A stretch of DNA of 63,285 nucleotides, counting the filler, from Octopus bimaculoides (taxonomy: Eukaryota), in assembly GCF_001194135.2 (NCBI RefSeq). It is 7 parts of 7 records of this genome, joined end to end, with 100 filler letters (N's around TTAATTAATTAA, not from the genome) between each part and the next. Parts side by side here need not be neighbours in the genome. Positions count along the whole stretch, not along the records: positions 54,003 to 58,836 come from NC_068989.1; positions 58,937 to 63,285 come from NC_068998.1; 5 more parts are not named here. One strand, 5' to 3'. The notes under the pieces were generated by a model, which saw nothing but the letters and a program-made list of their open reading frames with translations, had not been told where the DNA came from and ran no database searches. Positions within the stretch are counted from its first letter, which is position 1, and each line of letters starts with the position of its first letter. This document shows, in pieces, positions 54,236 to 63,285 of this stretch. Position numbers and translations under genes: made by a program.

Positions 54236-55022
54236 AATACACACCTATGCATGTTACTCAGGGCTAACAAAGGACGCTATACATGGTCAGTTCACCCGGT
54301 AGAAATAGCAGCCAAATTTCCCTGAAATTGCATCTTTCTGTCTTAGGAAGAAGCTTGTCGGATAATATGGTCCTGGGTTCCCTGTACTTAAAGAAAAGTT
54401 GGGATGGTCATGGCTGAAATGCCTTTGATTAGGCTTGACCTTGGGATAAACATTAACCTAGTTACACACAGACACACACGCACACACACACATACATATG
54501 TATACATACATACATACAGATGAACAAACCACACACACACATGTAAGGACACTCATATATACACATGCTTAATACTATCAGTCTTCATACACAACCATAC
54601 ATAACTACATTCATACACATAGTCACCCATGCATTGTCACATCCACACATATACATACGTACATACACATGAACATGCGTGCACACACAGATACACCCAT
54701 ATTTAAAGACCCCCTTCAACCATGAGATTGCACCGGGAAAGTTCCTTCCGAGGTACAAGTCCGGGCGGGGTTGTTTTATGGAAGACTAGCAGTCACTCAT
54801 GCATACCAGCCTCCCTTCTACACACCACCGATGTTATCCAAGGGAAAGGGCAAAGGGGCTGATACAGTTTGGCACCAGTGATGCCGCAACTCATTTCTAT
54901 GGTCGAGTGAGTTGGAGCAATTTGAAATAAAGTACAATTCTAAATTTAAGAGATGAGGAATTATGTACATTATTTACATTATTTACATTTGATCGATATT
55001 TGTCCTCATCTTGTTTGTTGTT

Positions 55023-55064
55023 AACACAATGTTTCGGCTGATATACTCTTCAAGCCTTCATCAG
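55023..55064 (-). ncRNA. Second hammerhead-like motif (minus strand), stem I partner missing
   Basis: CUGAUGA-A-GGCU(ugaagaguauauc)AGCC-GAAA-C-AUU-GUGUU. Confidence 0.6.
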
Positions 55065-55496
55065 GATAGGAAAATATTAGATTTATAAGCNNNNNNNNNN
55101 NNNNNNNNNNNNNNNNNNNNNNNNNNNNNNNNNNNNNNNNNNNNNNNNNNNNNNNNNNNNNNNNNNNNNNNNNNNNNNNNNNNNNNNNNNNNNNNNNNNN
55201 NNNNNNNNNNNNNNNNNNNNNNNNNNNNNNNNNNNNNNNNNNNNNNNNNNNNNNNNNNNNNNNNNNNNNNNNNNNNNNNNNNNNNNNNNNNNNNNNNNNN
55301 NNNNNNNNNNNNNNNNNNNNNNNNNNNNNNNNNNNNNNNNNNNNNNNNNNNNNNCACTCCATAATTGCCCATGGACATATGGCATTGTGGTTAAGAGCGT
55401 GGGCTACTAACCCCATGATTCTGAGTTTGATTCCATAATAATAATAATATCGAAAAATACCTTAGGAATGAGAACCCAAGTTCGAAATTTCCCCAA

Positions 55497-55539
55497 GACA
55501 CCTGATGAAGGCTGGAGGGTATATCAGCCGAAACGTGTT
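55497..55539 (+). ncRNA. Minimal type I hammerhead ribozyme-like motif (this copy appears to have lost the cleavage triplet)
   Basis: GACAC-CUGAUGA-A-GGCUG(gagggtatat)CAGCC-GAAA-C-GUGUU; stem I GACAC/GUGUU and stem II GGCUG/CAGCC. Confidence 0.7.
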
Positions 55540-56163
55540 AACAACAAACAAGATGAGGACAAATATCCGTCAAATGTAAATAATGTAAATGAAATAAAGT
55601 GTCTTGCTCAAGAACACATCACACAGCCTGGTCTGGGAATCAAACTCATTACCTCGTGATTGTGAGCGCGATGCTCTAACCACTGAGCCATGCACCTTTA
55701 CACATATTTACATACATACATGATACCAATCTACTTGTTAGATGAGCTTCACCATTGCTGACACCGGTCAGCGATACCTGTGCAAGGAGTTTAAGTCGAG
55801 TCCAGCTTGCACAAGACCACAATCACTCATTAGCAAGACAAAGAAGACCAGAGAGATGCAAAGTGCAAGATATCTGGTTCTGTAGAGAAGCGGGTTCTAT
55901 ATACAAGTTAGCCTCCTACAAGGGAGATACCCTGCCAAAGGTCAGTGGTCCTACATTCCCAGGGAGGTTACTGCGTCTACAGACCACAGACATCAATGCA
56001 AGCATTTCTTTGTCCCAGCACACAGATACATATATATATATGTGTGTGTGTGNNNNNNNNNNNNNNNNNNNNNNNNNNNNNNNNNNNNNNNNNNNNNNNN
56101 NNNNNNNNNNNNNNNNNNNNNNNNNNNNNNNNNNNNNNNNNNNNNNNNNNNNATGTATGTATG

Positions 56164-56174
<11 letters not shown>

Positions 56175-56196
<22 letters not shown>

Positions 56197-56410
56197 GTAT
56201 ATTTGTGTGTCTGTGTTTGACCCCCTACCATCGTTTGACAACCGATGCTTGTGTGTTTACGTCCCCGTAAACTAGTGGTTCGGCAAAGGAGTCAGATATA
56301 ATAAGTACTAGGCTTACAAAGAATAAATCCTGGGGTCGATTTGCTCGATGAAAGGTGGTGCTCCAGCATGGCCGCAGTCAAAATGACTGAAACAAGTAAA
56401 AGAATAAAAA
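56175..56410 (+). mobile_element. SINE 3' half
   Basis: tcgtttgacaaccgatgc ... gtccccgtaaac ... ctccagcatggccgcagtcaaaatgactgaaacaagtaaaag. Confidence 0.85.
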
Positions 56411-56595
56411 ATAAAAGAATATATATATATTACCTCATATACATATGTATATATATGCTTGTGTGTTTGTGTGTATGTGTATATCTGTGTGTTTGTCCCA
56501 ATCACTCTGATAACCCGTGTTGGTTTGTTTACAATCTCGTAACGTAGCGGTTCGATATAAGTGACCGATAAAATGAATACCAAATGGTAAAATAA

Positions 56596-57142
56596 CCCTT
56601 TACCATCTAAACCGGTCTTATCCGGGCAAAATATTCTACGTGTTTTAGGTTGAAACTTCCAAGATCCTGCCTTTCACACCTACCCTACAATATCATTCTG
56701 GAAGCATAGAATCACAAAGCTATGAGATAATGCATGATTCTTTCCTATAATAAATAAACATTATGGTCCCGGGTTCAGTCCCATTGCGTGGCACCTTGGG
56801 CAAGTGTTTTCCACTTTCGCCTCGGGCCGACCAAAACCTTCTGAGTGGATTTGGTAGACGGAAACTGAAAGAAGCCCGTCGTATATATGTATGTATATAT
56901 GTATGTGTGTGAATGTGTTTGTGTGTCTGTGTTTGTCCCCCCAGCATCGCTTGACAACCGATGCTGGTGTGTTTACGTCCCCGTAACTTAGCTGTTCGGC
57001 TAAAGAGACCGATAGAATAAGTACTAGGCTTACAAAGAATAAGTCCTAGGGGTCGATTTGCTCGACTAAAGGCGGTGCTCCAGCATGACTGAAACAAGTA
57101 AAAGAGTATTATATTTGACAAAGTAATCTGAATGCTAAACGG
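56596..57142. mobile_element. Possible piggyBac-like MITE (CCCTTTAC.../...CTAAACGG|TTAA) interrupted by a SINE at 56765-57110
   Basis: Short imperfect TIRs ccctttaccat / ccgtttagcat; TTAA on the right and ATAA on the left. Confidence 0.5.
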
Positions 57143-57529
57143 TTAAAAGAAAACGGGTTCTGGGGTCTGTTTGTTCGGCTAAAGCTTTCATAGCGGTGCC
57201 CCAGCATGGTCGTCACCTGGTGACTGAAATAATAAAAAAAATTAAAGAAGACGTATTAAACAGAGATGAACATCTGTAATGTTTATACAATCTCGCAGCA
57301 GACAGTCAATGAAGGAACGACGAAACGCTGCACTTTTCACTATTCTTATAACTTCATCAGGCAGCTGAAATGGCGCCGTCAAGTTGGTCTCCCTATTCAC
57401 TGTCCACGGCGAGATTGAATAAACATGATCAACGGTTACGTCTATCTTATGTCTAGTCAATCTAATTAATTTATGAACGCTGTGAAGGCTAAAATCTTTG
57501 GGTGTATCCGCGCAGTAGTCATTAGTATG

Positions 57530-57690
57530 AAGGCATAGCTGTGTGGTAAGAAGCTTGTTTCCCGACCACATGGTTCCGGGTTCAGTCTCACTGCGTGACA
57601 TCTTGGCCAAGTGTCTTCTACTGTAGACTCGGGCTGACCAAGGCCTTGTGGGTGGATCTGGTAGACGGAAACTGAAAGAAGCCCGTCGTG
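57530..57690 (+). mobile_element. SINE 5' half
   Basis: gtgtggtaagaagcttgtttccc ... gggttcagtc ... ggtagacggaaactgaaagaagcccgtcg. Confidence 0.85.
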
Positions 57691-59194
57691 TATAAATATA
57701 TATATATAAGGATTTACTTTTCGTAATGAGATAAAAAACCAAGGCTCTGTATAATAGAGAACGTTTATAAATAGAACGTCATTACAGCTGTTTGCATGAT
57801 ATTCATTATATCCCTTCATCGGAGACGGTGTGAGAGGATGATTAAACAATAGTTAGTTTAGTTAAGATAGGAAATAGAGAGTGAATGTAGGGATATTGTA
57901 TTTGTAAATCCATTGTTTAGGCAGAATGGTATACATATAAGATTCCAATACCTTGCGAGTAAAATCCAATTGTCCTTAAGATTGGTCATTGCCTTTGTAA
58001 ATCCATTATTAAGATTCCAATACCCTATGAGTAAAATTCAACAGTCTTTGAAATTGGTCTAATTGACCAATTATCTATCGCTCATAACCTATATATATGT
58101 ATATATATTATTACACAAGCTGACCATGAAATCATTATTGATATATGACTGGAATTTTTCTAAAGGAATTTCTCCTATGTTCATTCTCTCGAATTCGGTG
58201 CCTGTGTATATGTATTGAAGTAGTTTGACTTTAGAATCCCCTTACAGCGTCTAGCTTTACTTATAGTAACAACCCTGATATAAATAAAGTACTTAATATA
58301 TAAGGAAAAAAATTATATACTTTGTATATAATTGGTTTTGCACGCTGGCTACTTGATAGAATTTTATATAAATTTTATCCTTCAGCCACTTCACACTTAT
58401 TGCGTTCATTCCACTCTTCGTTCTTTCGTTCCCTCTCTCTCACATTCCCTGACCTTCTCTTCATGTTCACTTTCCCTCTTCTGTCACTTCATTCTGTCCC
58501 TTTAATTTTTTCTTGCCTCTCCTTAATTCTTCTATCCCTCTGCTTCTACCTCTCTCTCTCTTCTCTCCCCATTGTTAGGCTAAGCCTAACATTTCCTACT
58601 TGGTTCGACTACCATTCTTGCAACATCTATATTCCTCCCTGTGCCTGTCAAATTGTATGTCACTTCCGCAAGAATTTACTTCCACACACGCCAGCTTAAT
58701 TTAATTCGTCCTTAGTCGAAAGACCCCGTTGTTAATGTCCTGTTATTTGTATTTGTGTACCATTTCTCCGTTTTTTTTTTCTGTCCTTGTTTTCGTATAC
58801 ATTCGCTGCTTTCTTCCAAGGAATCTAGTGCTCTTANNNNNNNNNNNNNNNNNNNNNNNNNNNNNNNNNNNNNNNNNNNNTTAATTAATTAANNNNNNNN
58901 NNNNNNNNNNNNNNNNNNNNNNNNNNNNNNNNNNNNATATATATATATATACGTATATATGATATAAATATGCCTGTGTGTATGTATGTGTTCTCATTAT
59001 GGGGAGTGTGCATTTAACTTGGATGAAAATTCATTGACTTTGTAAATTAATTTTTAAGTTGGAAGCCTTAATAATTATCTTTCAAAAGTAAATGTGGATA
59101 AAAAAAAACAACAAACAAGTTTTTTTTTCATTGAATCATCCTCATCACCATCACCACCATCCTCCGCCTCCTCATTATCATCATGATTACCATC

Positions 59195-59450
59195 ATCATT
59201 TTTATGTCTGCTTTACCATGCTCACATGGGTTGGGCCAGTCGTTTCCAACACAGTGCTTCACTATTTGTTGTGTTGCTTTATCATCTCTTTCATTAGGTT
59301 CAACATACTAAGACCAACTTGTACCATTCCTCCTCATGTCTTCCTTGGTCTTTCTCTTCCGCTGCTTCCAAGCCTTTGGAACACCTGGCTCTTCTTTATC
59401 CACCTGTTATCCTCCAGTTTATTCCACTCCTCTATGTCAATAACATGTAC
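59195..59450 (-). mobile_element. RTE-clade LINE 3' end with (GAT)n tail
   Basis: Minus strand: EDNRWIKKSQVFQRLGSSGRERPRKT*GGMVQVGLSMLNLMKEM..., then cccaacccatgtgagcatggtaaagcagacataaaaatgatgatg. Confidence 0.75.
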
Positions 59451-59734
59451 AAGTTCCTTTAAAAAAAAATGTTTGTCCCATTCCTATAAAACATTTCTGT
59501 GTGTGTGTGTGTGTTTTTATAAATATATGTCTAGTTAGGAGAAATAAACAATTACGACCAATCATATTCTGCATTAGTATTCACTTCATTCTGCTTATGT
59601 TGCCTGTATGTGGTATGTGTTTGGTTGTTACCAATTTGGGCTACAGATAGCTGATTACACTACTTCAGGACTGGTCATTTCTATTCTCTCAAAACTAAAC
59701 AAAATATATATGTGTATATATATATATATATATA

Positions 59735-59975
59735 TTGGGTCATCTCATAAATAAAGTGGTTTTTTTCAATTGCATGAACTAAAAGTTGGAGGGAGATGGG
59801 ATAAACTACATGCATCAACTTGCTATAAAACCAGGTAGTAATTTTACCTTGTACTTATTCTTAGTGCAAGTTTTGAAGAGTGCAGTTTGATTTTAAAGCT
59901 ATAATGGAAGGGAGAAAGGAGCATATTCAACAATGCAAAGGAAAGTGCAAGGAATATTAATGCAATATAGATTCA
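59735..59975 (+). mobile_element. Mariner 5' end (TIR + internally deleted N-terminal HTH)
   Basis: TA|TTGGGTCATCTCATAAATAAAGTGG terminus; MEGRKEHI /deletion/ NAKESARNINAI resembles the mariner N-terminus. Confidence 0.65.
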
Positions 59976-60061
59976 CTTCAACATTTAAATTTAATTTGTG
60001 TCAAAATATTTTCATCACTTTGAAACCACAGCCTGTTAACCGACAAAATTTCAATATAAAA

Positions 60062-60375
60062 GAGTAAAACCCTCTCCAGTCATGAATGACCATGGGATTG
60101 CACCTAGAGAGTTTCTCTCTGAGGTATAAGACCAGCAGTCACCCATGCATACCAGCCTCGCCTCTTCACGCCACCAATGTTATCCAAGGGAATGGCAAAG
60201 GCTGATACAGCTTGGCACCAGTGACGTTGCAACTCATTTCTACAGATGATTGAACTGGAGCAACATGAAATAAAGTGTCTTGCTCAAGAACACAACACAC
60301 AGCCTGGTCCGGGAATCAAACTTACTACCTCATGAATGTGGGCCTGATGCTCTAACCACTGAGCCATGCGCCTTC
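60062..60375 (-). mobile_element. CORE-like SINE, uninterrupted copy (empty-site control for the 54934 insert)
   Basis: Single TGAAATAAAGT at 60266-60276. Confidence 0.88.
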
Positions 60376-60582
60376 ACACAAGCACACACATTTGTTATTT
60401 GATTCTCTGTCATGTTCATTCTAAATGCACAATTTTGTAACTTCTCTAAGTAAATGACACATGTTTATTGATGAACAAATACTACCAAGAAATGTTTTCG
60501 AATCTCTTGTGTTTATATATATATATATGTATATATATGGTGGTTGTCTACTCCTTAAACAGAGTTTGACCACCTCCTGCAC

Positions 60583-61364
60583 CTACACCTTAGCCCTTTC
60601 ATGGCGTCTGATGTGGCTTTTTAAACCAGACAGTGTTTTGAAAAAAACACCCACACAGATTTCACCTCTGATTTGCACTACCAATACCTGCAAGTAAGTT
60701 CTGCTCATTGTGGATCCTAACATGTCTTTTAAGACCCCCATTGGATTTGCAAACCCTCTGGCACACACCACATTCAAACGTGTGCACAGACATATAATCA
60801 GAATAGCTGGGTGAGGTTTGTTTTCCATGGGTTCGCAGGTGAGATTTGAGGCCAGCCAAGGACAGACATGGTCTGTCACAGACTGTGCACACAAAAAGGT
60901 CCTTNNNNNNNNNNNNNNNNNNNNNNNNNNNNNNNNNNNNNNNNNNNNNNNNNNNNNNNNNNNNNNNNNNNNNNNNNNNNNNNNNNNNNNNNNNNNNNNN
61001 NNNNNNNNNNNNNNNNNNNNNNNNNNNNNNNNNNNNNNNNCACCTTTTTCCTTAAATGTCTCTTGAGCCCTGCTTGCATCATCCTGGCCTCTTCAAATGC
61101 TTTCACTCCACTCCACACCCTTGTTCGCCATCCAACTCGATCTGAAGCGAGGACTTCTATATCTTTTGAAGCCATTCCAATTGACTTCATAGCAGTCCTT
61201 ATGCCATCCTTAAACCTTTTTTTAGGTTTATGCCGATAACGTTTCCCCTCTGCAAGCTCACCATAAAACAGCTGTTTCGGCATGCGTTCATCTGCCATTC
61301 GAACAATATGGCCACACCATCTCAATTGGTTCCTCAAAATCATGGCTTTAATTGAGGGTGCCAA
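60583..61364 (-). mobile_element. RTE-clade LINE 3' end with C-terminal tandem C2H2 zinc fingers, 5'-truncated
   Basis: SIKAMILRNQLRWCGHIVRMADERMPKQLFYGELAEGKR...PKKRFKD...DRVGWR (BovB/RTE-like C-terminus), then CTVCDRPCLSLAGLKSHLRTH, CGVCQRVCKSNGGLKRHVRIH and a frameshifted (G)EICVGVFFKTLSGLKSHIRRH. Confidence 0.9.
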
Positions 61365-62399
61365 GCTGTATTATATAAGATGTGTGTGTAGGTCAGTTCT
61401 GATTTATTTAGTTGATTGTATGTATGTTGGTTCTGCTTTCAGAAGTTAAAATTGAAATTTCTAAGTTGGAAATTAAAAAAAAGAAAAAAAAGAAGTCTAT
61501 TATGAAGATGTAAATAAACTAGTCGTAATTGTCAAGTGGTTGGGGGTACAACACAGACTCAGAGACTCTCTCTCTCACTCATACTCACACACATACAGAG
61601 CTATCGTAGATGACACTTGCCCAGGTGCATTGTGAGACTGAACTCAAACCACATGGTTGCAAAGTGAGCCTGTTAATCATACAGTCATGCCTGTACCTAT
61701 CTCCAGCATTCGGTCATAGTCATTTTTCTTTTAATAATTACTGCGTATGATTGAGCTTTATACAGATAAAAGTCGTCATAAGGAAAGGAGAATGTACTAC
61801 TGAAATTACTTGTTAAAAAATAAACATTTTTTTGTTGTTGTTTGTGCATAAATTCAATTTTCGCTCTCACAACATACACAAACTGTGTTACATGAGTACA
61901 ACTTTGTATTTGTGTATATGTACAGCCATGTGTAAATGGATAGCAGTTAGCAATACAGAATATGATTGGTTAATAATTGTTTCCTCCCCACCTTCACCTC
62001 CAACATACAAACATCTTTACACTCTAACTTTTTTCCTTGACACAAATACACTTCCATTCTGTTGTAAGTATATATTCCTAATTATTAATGAATTTAAGCT
62101 TTTTTTTTATTCATTTACTGCAAATTAACAGAGAAAGTTATATAGATTATGAGGTTCTTGAAAAGATGTGCAATTATGTCCTATTTCAGCTACCTACATG
62201 TGCTCTACAAGATAGAACATTCATACATACCTTGACATATATACATACACATGGTGTTTCTGAATAACAAACATACACACACTTCATTTTTGTATCTGGT
62301 TCGCAAGATTCTTTATGTGAATTTGTGTGCTGAAGTAAATTTTGTTGTGTCTGGGAGAGTCATATTGTCTTAATGCCATATTATCTAACACACTCACTG

Positions 62400-62740
62400 A
62401 TTCGATTTTCACTCATTTAGACTTTGTAAGCCTAGTGCTTATTCTATCAGTCTCTTTTGCCGAACTGCTAAGTTACGGGGACGTAGACACACCAGTATCG
62501 GTTGTCAAGCAATGTTGGTGGGGACAAACACAGACACACAAACATATACGCACACATACATACATATACATATATACGACAGGCTTCTTTCAATTTCCGT
62601 CTACTAAATCCACTCACAAGGCTTTGGTCGGCCTGAGGCTATAGCAGAAGACACTTGCCCAAGGTGCCACGCAGTGGGACTGTACCTGGAACCATGTGGT
62701 TGGTAAGCAAGCTACTTGCCACACAGCCACTCCTGCGCTT
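62400..62740 (-). mobile_element. tRNA-derived SINE, near full length
   Basis: Reverse complement of the 56765-57110 family. Confidence 0.88.
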
Positions 62741-62771
62741 ACACATTCGCTCATACATGTATATACACACC

Positions 62772-63197
62772 ATATTTTATGGTGTAGAAAATGCACTCTT
62801 AACAAAAATGTCTCAAAAAATTAGCCCTGGTCCAAAATGTGAAGTTGGGCCTAGACCATAAGCCTTTAGTATTTAGATTACGCCATCAAATGTAAAGCTT
62901 TTTTATCCACATTGTTTTGAATTCATGTATTATCTTGTAGCTCCAACATTTCTGTGGTGTGATTGTTTATTTTTAGAGTGGCATTGTAGTGTCGGTGTAT
63001 GTAGCAGTTTGAACATAAAAAATGTTAATTATTTGGGCCAGATATGTCAGATTTTTATGCTAAAAAGATAAAACATTTTTTTCTCGGATAAGTATTGCTG
63101 AAGTTGGAGTATATCTAATAGACTTTTATATCTAATATATCTAATATATTAGATATCTACTATACCTGTGCATCTTTTATGCCTTCAAATATGTTGT
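62772..63197. mobile_element. Possible Tigger-like MITE
   Basis: ccatattttatggtgtagaaaatgcac at the left end resembles the reverse complement of gtgcatcttttatgccttcaaatatgt at the right end. Confidence 0.45.
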
Positions 63198-63234
63198 ATG
63201 TATGTATGTATGTATGTATCTATCTATCTATCTA

Positions 63235-63285
<51 letters not shown>

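Larger units (their letters stand above)
54934..55589. mobile_element. Non-autonomous insert with inverted PLE-pLTR-like arms, each carrying a hammerhead ribozyme core; 11-bp TSD
   Basis: Arms 54973-55065 (minus) and 55501-55590 (plus) are reverse complements. TSD TGAAATAAAGT at 54923-54933 and 55590-55600. A 264-N gap lies inside. Confidence 0.75.
54710..55698 (-). mobile_element. CORE-like SINE split in two (54710-54933 and 55590-55698) by a later insertion
   Basis: The joined halves match the uninterrupted copy at 60062-60375; TGAAATAAAGT is duplicated at the break. Confidence 0.88.

Noticed and set aside
57242-57530. ORF 57242..57742 as a host gene
   Set aside because: Its 5' half is antisense SINE; the remainder (QLPDEVIRIVKSAAFRRSFID) weakly resembles a CR1 C-terminus, so at best a LINE remnant.

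Overview
Eukaryotic, AT-rich, microsatellite-dense genomic DNA from a gappy draft assembly. The SINE, LINE and microsatellite content is what I recognise from octopus (coleoid cephalopod) genomes; that assignment is inference. No intact host protein-coding gene, rRNA, tRNA gene or CRISPR array can be supported, and most long ORFs in the track are artefacts of N-runs or microsatellites. The window is a graveyard of transposable elements. It holds a near-full-length but decayed CR1-type LINE (about 7.03-11.6 kb, minus; ORF1 with tandem CCCH-like motifs, then APE and RT) abutting a decayed Penelope-like element (about 5.1-7.0 kb). There are three fragments of an RLE-type (R4/Dong-like) LINE, two of them embedded in (TAA)n arrays, and three RTE 3' ends, one with tandem C2H2 fingers. 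DNA transposons include a Tc1 5' half, a mariner 5' end, hAT/Buster relics and several MITEs, alongside more than 25 tRNA-derived SINE copies. The most unusual items are (1) a roughly 656-bp insert at 54934-55589 with an 11-bp target-site duplication and inverted arms that each carry a hammerhead-ribozyme core, (2) a 725-bp foldback element with about 138-bp modular inverted repeats and a possible CAA duplication, and (3) a perfect 42-bp inverted repeat at 22514-22826. Six identical 44N-TTAATTAATTAA-44N linkers mark artificial contig joins, so adjacency across them is not guaranteed.
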